Shown here: piece after piece, positions 10,832 through 25,044 of the stretch | Layout: every line of letters begins with the position of its first letter | How positions within the stretch are numbered: position 1 is the stretch's first letter | DNA from: Dimorphilus gyrociliatus | Taxonomy: Eukaryota > Animalia > Annelida | Direction: 5' to 3' | Assembly (NCBI GenBank): GCA_904063045.1 | Contig: CAJFCJ010000007.1 | Coordinates: 802,819-866,818, forward strand | Length of the DNA: 64,000 nucleotides | The notes under the pieces: model-generated | Seen by the model: only the letters and a program-made list of their open reading frames with translations | Databases searched by the model: none | Told to the model about the DNA's origin: nothing | Made by a program: the position numbers and the translations under genes

Positions 10832-13800
10832 TTAATTAGGAAGTTCGATGGATACTGTTGGTTCAGCTTTCAATTCTAACTGATATGATGGTTTTGAGGT
10901 ATTTTCTTGATGTTTAGACAACCAATTTGAGGCAAATTCCGTTGCAGTTGCAAAATTTGGCTAATTAATAAAGAAATATAAAAAGCTATTAGTTAAAAAA
11001 AATTATTAAAGCATTATAATTTGAATTTATTACATCGGGAGATGATAGTTGTAGTAATACAGTTTTTGCCGAATCAGAGGCATTGTTTCTTCGAGCTAGG
11101 GATTCTCTTTGAATTCTATATAGGTCAACTGTCATTCTATAATAGAATAAAACAAAAAAAATGTAAACAACTGTTGTATTGTTATTATTAAAAAAGAGCA
11201 AAGTTTTACTTACATAATTTTCTTTTTCTTATCAAAAAGCTCATAGTCTCGTTTTACTGTCTCCAAAGTTTGAAAATATATTTTACTTGTCTCTTGAGCT
11301 AATTCAGTTCGGACGGTATTAGATATATATTTTCTAAAAATAAGTATATAAAAAAACGAATTAATTTGCATATATTTACGTATTTGAATATTAATTATTA
11401 AATGTTTACTTTTCTTGATCAGGTACTCGTTGTAATGCTTTTTGAAAATAATAAAGCATGTAGCAATCATTTAGTTGTTTAAGAACCGCAATGAGAAGAT
11501 ATATAATCTTCTCTATATATGTGCAGAACGATCCTAATCTGTCTACTTCAGCTGAGGGACTTCTCCAAAAACCCTGGTTAGAAAATTATTAGATCGATAA
11601 TTTTAAAGGTAATTAGAATAAGTAAATTTGAAAAACAACAAACCGCAAAAAGATTATTTGATTTTCTCTCGGAAAATAATCCTGGACTGGGCATATGACT
11701 CATGCTACTCCACTGATTATGACCTAAGAGTATTTCTCTACTTTTTTCGTTGTTCTGTAGAGGTTCGTAGTGGTGGTAGATATACGCTAGACGGAAGAGA
11801 GATTTATAATGCTGAGGATATCGCTCAGCGCATAAGTGTAAACCAGCTATGCATCTTTTCATTAAAGTTACTTTCAACGTGTCAACTGTATGTACATTAG
11901 CTTGAGCAACTAGAAAAGCTGGATTTCTGAGAAGTCTTGTGCTGATTTTTTGCTTTGTATTTACAGGTGCTTTCCTTTTTCTAACTTTTTTCGAGCTATC
12001 TACATCACTTAAAGTTCGTCCTCTGTAAGATTGATTGGCAGTATTTGATCTAGCTCTGCTCCGTTTAACTGTTTCGGAAGCGCCACTCTGAAAAGAGGAA
12101 TTTATGTCTGACGCAGAGGGAGATTCGGTGGTTGATTTGAAGACGCTTATTCCTGATTGAGGCGTAGACATCAATGGTAAATTTGAAGGGGTTGATACCG
12201 ATTTTATTTCATCAGTCGAATCCTTTGGCCACTCTCTGAAAGCAGCACTTATTTGTTCCGACTTTTTACTTGCTTCATCCTTGTTAGTAGTCGCAAGTGT
12301 TGATAGAAACGGATAGACAACAGATGGTGATTGTGACAAAACTATTCTTCTAGGTTCTTTTGCCTGAGCGCTAGTTTCCTGCTGTGGGCGATTAGTAATA
12401 TCAAATTTGGGTTTAGGTAAACCAGGATGAGTCGGTTCCTCATCCCCATTTCCGTCAAGCTGATGAATTTTTGTTGAAGATGTTGGATCTGCCGAATTTG
12501 AAATATTCATTGTAGTTTTTGTATTATTTTTAGATTCTGAACTGGAATTGGACGAAGAACTAGTAGTTGAGCTGCTCGAAGAACTTGAGTTTGAATTGGA
12601 GCTGGAGTTCGAATTTGAACTTGAAGTAGAACTAGAGGATGATTCACTATTAGATTCTCTGTTAGAATCTTCAATATCATCTTCATTTTCTTTAACACCT
12701 TCATCATTCGATTCATCACTCGACTCGTCTGAATTCTCGTCTGAACTCTCACTCGAACTACTACTCTTTGTAAGATCAATAGATTTGGCATCGTCGTCTG
12801 TTTGTTTAGCAACATGCGGTTCATTAGTCCACTTTGAGCGAGAGTCACTATCTTGATCCCTATAGTTTAAGACTGGTCCAACATCAACATTTTCTTGTCT
12901 ATCATTACTTTTTTCATCTAACTGCATAGGCGAGTGTCTAGAAGCAGCTGGCATATCATTATCTGTCGAGTTTGAAGATTTTGCATTACTTTCCCCTTGT
13001 TTTTCATTACTTTTCTCATCTATTTCCATTGGGGATGCGCGTATTTGGCCAATGTCATTGTCCGTAGAATTTGAAGATTGCTTTTCTTCGACTGTTTTAT
13101 CAATTTCTTCCATTGGAGACTTGGAATCTTCGGCTTTTGGTTGTGTTAATGTCGATTTATCAATACTCTTTGAAGAAGAACGGGAGCTTTCATCTGTTTG
13201 GTGTCCAACTTTTTCATCCTCCTCAATCATATCCTTCTTATCGTCTACCTTATCATTAGTTTCCTTTTCAGTCGTTCTTATACAAAATTCGTCATTTGCC
13301 GTTATGGGATTATTGTCTTCAATTTCCATTTGTTTTTCATTTCCCTCGACATTAACTGGTGGATTATCATCATTATGCCTTGAAGAAGAATCTTGATTTT
13401 CTGTTATGATAAAGTCATCTTGTTCGTTTGAAGCCGTTTTAGGTTCTGATTGAGTTTGAAGTTCTGAATCTGTCTTCACTTTATTGTTTTCATCCTTTGT
13501 AGCGCTGAAAAATAAAGAAATTAGTTTATACAAACTTTTATAAATGTGTTTATTATTTACTCGAAATCCATGAAAAAGTTGGGAGTTTTCTCTTCAGTTC
13601 TTACGAAGCTTGTACTAGAAATCATGTCTAAATGAATTACTAGACTTTGTAAAACGCATGTTTCAATGTTATCATTTGCTAATAAAAATTTAACAACTGT
13701 TGTATGACTTCTGTAAAATAATTCCAAAGCTTCTAAAGCTAATTTTGGTGGTGTTCCTGCGTAATTTATCCTTTTCACGTATTTGGGTTTTTGTCCATGC

Positions 13801-16800
13801 AAATATTCTGCACTTTTCCTATAAAGTCTACACACTTCTTGAATATCTTCCTGAGCTTTTTCTTTTACTCTTGCCAACATGTAAAAAGCAAGCCATTGTT
13901 CTTCTTCGTCTTCAGTTTCCTCCCCAGCAGCACCTTTTACAGGAGTGCAAAATTTTTCAAAGGCTTTCTTTGAATATTTTATCATTCTTTCTTCCATGTC
14001 TTTTATTTCATCAGATGAATCTCTTTTCTTCCAAATTCTTGATATATAAGCTCTAACATTATACGCAAACGAACCAAATTCTATTGTAATTTTAAAAGAT
14101 AGTTCCAATTTACAAGCAATTATAAATGAATTTATAATTGCATTGATTTTAGTTAAAAGGTAGGCTGTGTCTAAATGTTTAGATTCAACATAAGAATCTT
14201 TTAGTTCATCTTCTACTAAAGCCTGTTTACACAGTGCCAAAGATGCCCAGGCATCAAAATCCTTCGGCGAATAAGAAAGGTGTCTGGTATAAAGTTTTTC
14301 AGCTTTTCTAAAGTATTGATTTTTAAATTCGTAATCAGCAAGAAAATAATACATTTTTCTCAAAAAGAAAACCCTGAAAAAGAGATATTAAGTAAATGAC
14401 GATACTCTCAAAACAACTAAAGAAAATTTTACTGTTCATTGTTAGATTTTGGCGGAAGTTTCAAAACGTATTTGAGTAATGTTTTTAAATCTGTTTCTAG
14501 TAATTCAATCAATCTACTATATCCAATAACTGTAGAAATTAAAATAAAAATATTCATTAAAGATATTTAAAATGTGTTATATCTTCTATCTCACAGAGAC
14601 TGGACTTTTTAACATCTTTGGGAATTTTTTGGCTTATCTTCCAAAGATAATCCTTCATCTAAAATTATATAAAAACAGAATAAAAACATCGACAGAAATT
14701 TGAAATCATGTTAAAATACTCACGTCGTCGGGTATACACGCTGTTCTAGGATCATCAAATGATGGAACTTCAGTCATAAAGTAGTATTTAAAAATTTGAG
14801 TATGATAAGTTTTGCTTTCGTCTTTTTTTTCGCATTTATGAGTTTGAAAATCAGTATTAACAGCAGTTTTGAACTTTAATCCAGTTAAACAATATAAAAC
14901 TTGTTCATAGACTGGATACTCGATTTCTTGAGATTTAAGCAATATTTTAGTACCAATATTTTCCAATTCTTCAAGGACACGTATTTCGTCTTTTCGTCTA
15001 TTAAAAGAAAAAACAATTTCAGTACTAAAATTATTTAAAGTGAAGTTTTAAATGTTTACTTTGCCATTAACGAATGTACTCTATCAACAATAGCAGCCCA
15101 ATTGCGATAGCTCTCTTCCGTGCGATCTTTTTCAAAACCACAAATGTCGTCTAATCTGTTAAAATGGAGTAAACGGAAAATATAAAAATCTACAGTATAA
15201 ACTCTCACTTATAGGTTACCTAAATGCTAAGTCGGCGTATAATTTGAATACATCGTATAGTGAAAAATAATTTTCAGTTTCAACTAATCGATAATATAAT
15301 AGTTTCGATATATCTTGCGATAAAGTAACTATTTTACTTTCTTCCAAACATTCCAGATTATCCCAATTTAATTTATCAAGTACAATTTCCAATATGTTAT
15401 AAGCATGTTTGTCTTCATTGTTCATGAATTGTTTTAGATAATAATGAAGGAATATTTGATACATTCTTAACAGTTCCTTTTGAAATAGTAAAGCATGAAT
15501 ATATAATGAAATATGTTAAAATTTGATTAATTTTTAATAAATAAACCTCGTGCTTTCCTATTAATTCCAAGGATTTAATCAACAATGAAAACTGTTTCCA
15601 ACCTTCGTGGTCCTCTTCGAGACAACGGAACATCTGTTAATTATTATTAGTATTAGTATAAAAATTAATCTTTTGTTCCTTTAACCTCATTTATATTATG
15701 CACTATGTATAATGGACGAAACACAAAACGTCTACAATTGAGAAAGATTTTGGATCGAAAAGCGGTTAAGAAGACGAAGACAGCAGCTGATTTATACTTA
15801 TCTAAGGGTGTGGGATCATGGAAAAGATTAGACAGAGACAAGAATTGGGATAGGGTTAGGTTGAGAGTATTAATTTGTGGACGTTTTCTGTTTCGCCCAT
15901 TATACATAGTGCCTAATATACTAATAATTACTTACATCAATACTTTTACGATAAACATGATCAGCAAGATATTTGACTACGCTCGAATATTTCTCTTCTT
16001 TTACTAAAGTGTCTAAATCAGTTGATTGTTTATTTTTCACCAAATGGAGACGAATAACGTAATCTAGAAATGTGAAAGAAGCCTTAAATCTGTTAAAATA
16101 TACATATATTAGAGTTAAATAGATTCGTACCATAAGAGAGAACTGTATTCGATGCCACAATGTATGTTGGTTCTTTTAGTAAGTCTTCAATATTTTGTAC
16201 TTTGTTATAAAGTTCATTGTAGTAGTTAATCCATTCAATTCTTTTACTTCCATATAGAATTCGATACCCTAGAGGGATTAATATTAAATATACATTAATA
16301 TCATACACTCTTTTCAAACTTACATCGAATAGTCCACAAAGGTTCATCGTCAAATTCAAAGTTGATATTTCTCTTAAACAGAATATCTTCTATAAATGAT
16401 GGTCTATATAATGAAATTACATTTTAAGTTAATATTTATTTATAATAAGCAGTCAAGAAATTTACAAGTCAATTCCTTCAATTTCATTATGAAATAGTAT
16501 TTCCCCAGTAAGAATTACTAATTTTTGTAAGAGTTTTTCATCTTCAAACCTAAAAAAATGAAATGTAATATAAATGTTTCTTCTTTTGATTGACATACTC
16601 GAAAGTTTGAAAATCTTTTTCATTAAATTTAATAATTTGAATTGCCGCCATAACGAAAACTTCTTTAACCGTTTCCGTCCATAGGTGATCTTGGAATTTT
16701 AACATCCACATGAGCATTAAAACTTGTAATTCAATACTGTTTATTTCGACAATATCGTCTGGATTTTCGATTAAACGAAGTGTTAAATCTTCAACAAAAT

Positions 16801-19155
16801 CTCGACAATCATCTTTTTTAAAATAAAATAATAATTAAATATGTGCAAATGAGGAATTATAAAATAATTTAGTATTTTAAAATAAGAACCTCCAAAGTTC
16901 TTAGCATTTGCTTTTGCTGTCGTTGCCATAATACTTTCGCTTGTGTCATTACTCTCTGAATGGATTGATGAAAAAAACCACAAAAACTTTCTCCAATCAG
17001 CAATTTCCTCCTCTTGGGTATCAATACTATTAATTACAGAATATTGAATTAACAAATTAAAACTTATAGCTAATAATAGAACCTAGCGTCAAGTGGTAAA
17101 TAACTAGAGAAATCTTTAACGGTATCTTGAACAACTATTTTTGGAGTTTCAGGTAATTTTCCCTATAAGAAATAAATTACATTTTATCTCCACTATGTAT
17201 AATTTAACGACTTACTCTTGACGATCTTCTCAAACAATCTGCATCAATTATATCAGCTAATTTTTCTTTCTTCTTCTTTGGACTTTTTGTTGTAGAATGA
17301 TTCTCTGTATTATTTTGCATACTGAGCTGTTTCTCCATGCTTCTCCTCAACTTTTTTTCATATTTTTCTTTAAATTGAATTAATAATATTAAAAAAATAT
17401 ATTTCAGAATTATAAAAAAAACTAAGTGGTTCGTCTTTTACCTTTGATTTTTATTTCTTTAAATTTAATCATTAAATCGCCAAACCAACTTGATAAACTA
17501 AATCTTTTTGTACAATAGTGATATACTTTCCTATAATCAATTATCGTATGTAAAGCAGAAGTAAATCTGTAAATAAAAGATGTGGTATAGTGTTATAGAA
17601 TGTTATAACTTGTATATGTATTTACTGTTCGGGTAGAAGAGGGGGAGATTCTGATTTCTTTTGTTCGTCTTCGTTATTGAATTGACTATCAATTTTAACG
17701 TCATCAGCATTTACGCATTTTATACATACTTCGTCTGGTATCATTTCATCCGGCTTAGATTTCCTTTTAATATTTAAAAAAAATAATTAGATAACTGAAA
17801 AAGTATATTAAATTTAACAATTTACATTTTTTCAAGCCAAAAGTATCTTTCGCATAATCTGAGTTCTAGTCCCCGGAAGTACGGCACATTGATATGTCGC
17901 CATTTTTGACAAATTTCGATAGCATCTACAAAATTATTTTTGAAAATTAAAAGTCAATTTTTACCAAAGACGACAAAAAAACGGTGAAAACCTCTTGTAA
18001 GACCGAATAAGCATAAACATTGCACTTGTTTTTTTCTTAAAAGCATATCTGTTGGATTTTGATTCAATAGCTGAAAATCATAAAATGTCTAAATTATATA
18101 TAATGAGAAAAATCATAGCAAAATTTTACTTGTTTTAAAAGTCTCAAGGCTTCTGGATAACATCCCTTTTTAATGAGTAAATCAATCTTATATAAATGCA
18201 ACATGCTGTTTTTATTCTCGTTGCCGCTGTCTTTCAAGTGCACCAGGGCCTAAATTTGAATATGGTATTTATATCATTAAAAGAGGAAAAATTTACAAGA
18301 TAATTACATCATCTATTTTTGATATGGCTTCATTGATTTTGTCTTTATCATTTAAGTCGCATAATTCTGATTTAATTTGTTGCTTGACAATTTCGCAAAG
18401 AATAAAATGACCTTTTCGCTTAAAGCTTTGCTTAATATTCTTTTCATCTTTTTCTTCCAGTATGTTTTGAATCTATGAATAAAATAAAGAACGAGAAAGA
18501 TAAATTTTAGAGCTCATTATTAATTTATCAAAACAAATAACCTACCCACTGCAAATCAACTAAATTTAATCTTTTCTTTACTTCTTCATTACGATTTTTT
18601 AGTAAAAGTGACCATGTATTAGAAAGTATCTTTTCAAGGTCTGCAAACTATTTCAACAAGTTTAAAGTTTACTGTAATATTTTTTGTCTTTTATGTTTCT
18701 TTGATAAAACACCTACTTTTTCGCTCAATTGTATTTCTATTGGAATCTCTGGCTCAACAGTCGGAGACCTTACTCTCCTCACAATATTTTCCGCTTTACT
18801 CCCTTCTGGTTCATTGAAAGCTCGGAGTCGTCTTACTGTGATCTACTTTGACGGATTTTTTAGCATAATACGTTTGTTTACACGATATTTACCATCTCAT
18901 GACTACTTTCCGACGTGTCAGAATCATAATCAACAAGACGTCCCTCCAGATGCTTTTTCATAATTTTTGACTGTTTGTAATAGGAAAAAAACTTAAGAAG
19001 TTAATAATTATCATTTAACGGTTGAATACCGGAATTTTGTTGCCTTTGGTGACAGACTCCAATGTTCTTTTCTATTTTTGTTAAAGAAAATTACATATAA
19101 AGGGATTATTATTATTTATACTTCATACCGATCCCACAGCGATCGTAGACGCCAT
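10832..19155 (-). CDS. CABIN1: Calcineurin-binding protein cabin-1 (HIRA complex subunit), many exons
   Basis: EEEQWLAFYMLARVKEK, YVKRINY...PPKLALEALELFYRSH and RYPQHYKSLFRLAY...GLFSERKSNNLF match Cabin1 conserved blocks; TPR-like segments upstream. The start (19155) and N-terminal exons are less certain. Stop inferred at 10832. Confidence 0.85.
12540..12760. repeat. Low-complexity Ser/Asn/Glu-rich coding repeat inside the large Cabin1 exon
   Basis: Encodes SSSSESSDENSDESSDESNDE...SSSSTSSSNSNSSSNSNSSSSSSSTTSSSSNSSSES. Confidence 0.8.
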
Positions 19156-19267
19156 TTTGATCCATATATCGTTTAGTTTTTCAATGATATGTCGTAATCA
19201 GTTTGTAATCCTGTGTGAAAATATGTACATATTCTTGATTTTCAAAAACAATTTTGACCGAAAATAA

Positions 19268-19276
19268 CCGGAAGTG
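19268..19276. promoter_or_regulatory. ETS/GABP motif CCGGAAGTG in the Cabin1-ASH2L bidirectional promoter
   Basis: Exact consensus in the ~370-nt gap between two divergent ATGs. Confidence 0.5.
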
Positions 19277-19528
19277 AACAATCTTAAATTGAAACCAGTC
19301 GAATGTTACGGAAAATGTGACTCCCTGTACTCAAATTCGGTTGTTCCGTGTTTTATAAGGATTTAAAAGCTACAATCTCTTTCAAGAAAAATTTACTGTT
19401 TTTATTGCAGAACCACTAAATTAAGATATCGGTTTCTCAAAGTTTATAAAGTTAAGAGCTCAAATATAACATCAATTTCTTCCTAAGGTTCAAATTGCTT
19501 CAAACGAATCAATTTTCAAGAATTTCAA

Positions 19529-22181
19529 ATGGCGGATTGTGAATGTTTGTAATTTTTTTCATCGTTACTTTTTTTGCTACTTAGTTTAATAACATCTATC
19601 TTGAAATCATTCATATATTAAAATATTTCAAAAATGAGATGTTCTCTGTAAAAAATTACAAAATATTAAAATTTCTAGCTTCAAGCGAAGGAAAGGTCTC
19701 TGAAGTTAAAAAGATGGATATAACGGAATCAGATACGAAAGATGACTGCGATTTAGATGAATTTGGAGAGTGTTATTGGTAACTTAGAATTTACATTATA
19801 TTCATATAAATAGTGAATTTTTTTTTAATTTACTTCAAATATTTCAGTGGAAAAGAAAGAAAAATTGGATCAGTTGAATATCAGTGTAATCAATGCCTTC
19901 AATTTTGTCATCAGGAATGTATAAATTGTTATATCCCAAATCGAGAGTACGTTTATATTATTTCAAAAGAATTCTAAAAAATCTATATCAACTTTATAGC
20001 AAAAATGTTCCATTTACCACAAACTATACATTCACTTGTAAGAGGTGCACTCCTCAGAATATTGAAAACTTTTCAAGAAAACAAATTGGTAATTGGTTTT
20101 ATTAAATCTTAAAAATATATTAAACTATTCCTTCTACTTTCAGGTTTCACACAAATGTGTCAATCTGCTATAGCTAATCTAATGATTATGAATCCTGGTA
20201 AACAAATTTTCTCTTTAAGTAAAGTAAGTAATCTATTTTTATATTAAACTTGAATAAATCTTTTAAAATTTAATAAAATTAGGAAATTATACCGTTTATT
20301 GATGAAAATTGGGAAAGTTTAACAACGATGGCGAGAAGAGTTAAACAAACATGGCATACAACTGTTTCAAAGACTATGGTAATAATAAAGATTTAATCTT
20401 AAAAATCAATTTAAAGTTTTGGTTTTTGCAATAATAGTTAACAAAGCTGGATATTTTTGTTTATAACGATGAAAATCCCCTAGATTATCATTACGGTTTA
20501 ATTTGCACGGTTGGCTATATTTGTTAAATTAGCTATATTTGTATATATATTCACCTACAAAACATTTTCAACAGGATCTGTCGAAAATTTGTCCAAATTA
20601 TGAACAAAATAAGGATAAAATCAGTCCTGCTGTAACTTTCGATGGTAAATCTTTATCAAGTTCTTTACTTTCTAATTGCGTTGTCATAAATTCATAGGTA
20701 AGAGTGGTAGAGGAGTTAAGAGAAAAGCTGCAGAAGCAGCCAGTATGAACTACAGAGCTAAGAAAGGGTAAATTGCTTTTATACAATACATATATACTGT
20801 ATATACTGTATTAGTATAATCTAAGTATATTTTTTTTGTTCTCTTTAGTGAAGTGACGTCTATTAATAAGCTTATTCCCCATTGCTTTCCTACTGACCAT
20901 CCGTTCAATAAGGATGGATATCGCTACATATTAGCTGAACCTGATATGCATGCACCAAATAGAACTACTTACGATCAAAGTACCGATTGGGCAGGCAAAC
21001 CAATTCCCGGTTATCTCTATCGAGCCTATTTAGAAGAAAATGTCTTCCTAGCTCTCCACGATCGAGGTTGCTATTATTCTTTAATGATTATACTTTAATA
21101 GTTTTTTCATTCTATGATTTAAATAGCACCTCAGTTGAAACTCTCTGAAACTCGTTTTACCGTAACTGGAGAGAAAGGTTATAGTACTATTAGAGCAACT
21201 CATGGTAATATTTCTAAATTATTTCCATCAAAATAGATTATCCCTCTAATTGAAATTTCTTGCAGGAGTAAACAGAGGTACCTGGTATTTTGAGGTTACG
21301 GTTGACGAAATGCCCGAAAAATCAGCCTGTAGACTGGGATGGTCACAGCACTTAGGTTGATATTTTATAAAATGATAAACTTTAATAACTAAGAGATATT
21401 TTGATCTATTACAGCTATACTTCAATCTCCTTGCGGATATGAAAAGTTTGGATATTCATGGAGATCTCGCAAGGGTACTATCTTTCACGACGCTCGAGGA
21501 AAGCATTACTCATCTGGCTATAAAGAAGGAGATGTTTTGGGTTTCCTAATTCATTTACCTTCTCCAAAGAAATTATTACCTTACGTTTACAAAGATAAAG
21601 TTAGTTTCCTATTTAAAAACTTTACAAAAATTGAAATTTTATTCTCTAAAACAAACAGCCTTTGGTGAAATTTAAGAATCATCTCTATTTTGAAGAAAGA
21701 GACGAGGTGAACAAAGCTCTTAGCGAGCTTACAGTTTCCCATGGAAGCAAGGTTAGTTATTATTTATATTTTTATGAGTTCTTTTTATCTAATTATTAAT
21801 GTCTTAAAGTTGGTTATGTATAAAAATGGAGAATGCCAGGGAGTTGCAAAAACTGATATTTACGAGGGCACTTATTATCCAGCAATATCTTTATATAGAA
21901 ATTGCACGGTTCGTATAAGATCATCATACCTACTATATTTCAAATTCTATCTATTGCTAATTTATACCATTTGCAATTTATAGGTAAATGTTAATTTCGG
22001 ACCTAAATTTCATTTTCCTCCTAAAGATGAAGTTGATTATCGTTCTGTAAGTCAAAAATTTCATTTAAATTCTTTATTTTAAACCATTCACTTTATAAAG
22101 ATGAGTGAGGCTGCAGCTCAAACGATGGTTGATCATGCCTTGGGGGATTTAGTCCATCATGTTGCCAATGAAGAATCGTGA
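19529..22181 (+). CDS. ASH2L: Set1/Ash2 histone methyltransferase complex subunit ASH2
   Basis: Atypical PHD (ECYCGKER...CNQC; YTFTCKRC), winged helix ([14 protein letters not shown]), [20 protein letters not shown] domain (LALHDRAPQLKLS...[23 protein letters not shown]; YYPAISLY), C-terminal helix [13 protein letters not shown]. Confidence 0.95.
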
Positions 22182-22542
22182 GATGTTTCTTTTTAATAAA
22201 ACTGTCATGAATTTGTCAAATCAGCGAAAGACGCCTTCTTCTTATGAATGTTTTATATTGAAAGAATCGAAAATATATAGTTCAACCATCAAGGAAAAAA
22301 TTTGAAATAGTCTTTTATGTTTGTTATAACTTGTGTATATATTCGTAGTTGAAAAAGTGTAGTTTGGTAGATATTTGTTTTTTTGTTTCTTTATTATAAA
22401 TAACATTCCTATTAGTCGAGTCTATAAAACAATTGTACTTAAAAAAAAACAAATGAAAGAATAATTTAAGTCTTTAAAAAAAAACTAAAATATCGTAGTT
22501 TAATTAAAAATCAACCTAAAGGTTAGCTGTTAATTATTCTTG

Positions 22543-24554
22543 TTACATTCTTCTCAGATCGGCTTCCATTCCGTATACTTTACTTTTTAAATTTTTTAAT
22601 TCTCCAACCATGTACTTTGATCTCTGAGCGGATGAGTGTATTCTTCTTAACATTGCCATGTCAATTTCGTCTGGCTTTTTCAATTTTGATAATTCTGCCA
22701 AGTCATCTCCAACACCAATTGTTATCTACAATATAAATCATTTCATAGTAGAAGAAAATAGATTTATTCTTAAATGCTCGGATATTTACCCTAAACAGCT
22801 GCTTCTCTAGACTTTTAATTTTCTCTCTTAAATTCTTAATATCCGTCTTAAATCCTTCAACCTAGACGGGGTAATTTTTTGAAAATCATTACTGAATAAA
22901 GTAATGTATTTGACATGCGAACCTCTAATATTCTTCTTTTCTCTAATTCTTGATATCGTTGATTCATCAAGTCTAATCTTTTGGCCATCTTTTCTGCTCT
23001 TTCCTATATACAAATTATTTTGATAATTAAAGTTCAAGTAACCTTCCTCTTAAATTTAGTTTCTTTTAGCATACCTTAAAAAGTTCCTTTCCAACATCAC
23101 CTTCCTCACGAATTTTTGACAATTCTTCTTCTAACTGAATAACTTGCTCGCGGTACATTTCTGCAAGCTCTTGAGCTTTTTCGCAATCATCTCTAAGTAT
23201 CTAAAATATATTATAAAATAATCGTAAGGATCGTTATTTGTTCACGAAGCTGATGAAAATCTTACGGTTATTTCTTCTTCCGCATGTAATTTGTTATCGG
23301 TAGAATCAAAGCTATTTGTATCTATATCTTGGTGAGGATTAAAAGTTATTGTTCGTTCTAATTTACACTTTGCATCGTCCAGTTGTCGTAAAAGGAGGTC
23401 TTTTTCCTTAACGGCAGCTAACTCTTGGGCCCTAGAGTCTGCTCTTTGCTGGAGAAATTGTTTAGTAGAATCGTAAAGTAGATCTTGGGCCTTATTTAAT
23501 TTTTCTTGCATTTGTCTCAATTTTTCTTGATCCCTGGAGGCTCTAGTATCAGACTCTTCTTGCCTTACTCTCCTATCCTCTAACAAAGCCTCCATCTGTT
23601 CTTTGGCTAATTTGGTCTGCTCTGCTAATTGAGCTTGTAAGGCCTCTACCTGCAAGGCTAGTGATTCGTTGTCACGTTCATAAATACCATTAGTCTGTTT
23701 TTTTTTTGGATCTTTACTTGAAAACTTCTTGGAACCCTCTAAAATAGAAACACATTAAAGGGGAGTCAGTTGATTGATAGTATTGCTAACGTTTCGGATA
23801 AATTTTTTCATCCAAGTGTAATCTTTCTAATTCTTGTCGAAGCTTTTGAGGAAGCTTTTGCTGTATAACAGCTGCTGAGGGTGGTTCCTTTAGGAAATAA
23901 GACACTTCTCTCTCAGTTAGACCACTTAAAGATAGCAAAAGATGAATTTTTTTTCGATCTTCAATCTCTCGAATCTGAGAATGATTAATTGAAAAAATTT
24001 TGTAAAGCTTTTCAATATTATCAAGTGAATATTATTAAATACCTTAAGACGATCATTTTCAGCATAGAGACGAAGGACATGCTCTCTTTCTTGAAACAGA
24101 TACGTCTGCAAAAGGGTCATTATCTGATAAAACTTTAATCCTACAGAGAAATTAAATGACTTATTTTATACCTGCATATCACTTAGAGCTTTTTGTAATT
24201 CTGTTATTTCCTCTTCCCTTTGTTTCATCTCCCATTCTATTTTATGCTAGAACGTTTATTCATATTGAAATTATATTGATTCTGATGCGTATTGCTGAAA
24301 ACATATACCTGTTCTTCATAAGTCATTTTGTACTTTTCTAATCTCTCTACCATACTATCATGTTCACAATCATATTCTAGTAACTTTTTCCTGTAAAACT
24401 CTAGCAATTCCCTAGATGGACGAAGTTGACCTGTTTTAAGTTTTAAACATTTTATCATGCAAATTATTAAAGAATTGTATAAATGTATACCCAGCCGATC
24501 ATTTAGTGATGGCATCTTTTGTTTGGTCTTTCTGGTACTTTTTTCTAATTCCAT
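22543..24554 (-). CDS. CCDC77: Coiled-coil domain-containing protein 77
   Basis: [59 protein letters not shown]...LLEDRRVR and EGFKTDIKNLR. Start is either 24554 or 24515. Confidence 0.88.
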
Positions 24555-25044
24555 TTTAATAATTCTTTTTATGCATTTGTCTTGTCTGAACTTGCCGAAT
24601 AAAAGAAAATTTTGATTTTTAATAAGAAATTTATTCAAAGACGATAATATATATCCTGTTTATAAAGCCACTAAATATTTACTCAAAATCAATCATAAAA
24701 TTTACCAATTAGAGAGAAAACTAATCAAAAACCTCTTTGATTAATTTCAAAATAACAGCCTTAAGGTCAAGGTCGAATTTATGTTGACTATTTTCGTATT
24801 TTTTAAAAACGATTTCTCCTCTTGCAAAGAAAAGAAAACAAGTAAAATATCGTTGTGGGAAAAATTGAAATTTTTATAAGTTACATAGTTTATAGTAGTA
24901 GCTGGGAACATTTTATCAGCACTTCCGTCACATACCGCGGACAAAACTTTCATCTTTCGGTCTCAGAAAAGCTGCTTTTCTCGTCAGCGTGACATAAATT
25001 CATTTCTCTTCAATAAATATACTGAAGAGAATATTCTGTTAGTA

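Noticed and set aside
12507-13396. Overlapping alternative-frame and antisense ORFs (12507-12848, 12548-12856, 13052-13396 etc.)
   Set aside because: Shadows of the low-complexity Cabin1 exon.
3763-19155. Functional immune or calcineurin gene cluster (Ig, Rel, Cabin1)
   Set aside because: The genes are interleaved with unrelated housekeeping genes, so adjacency in a compact genome is weak evidence.
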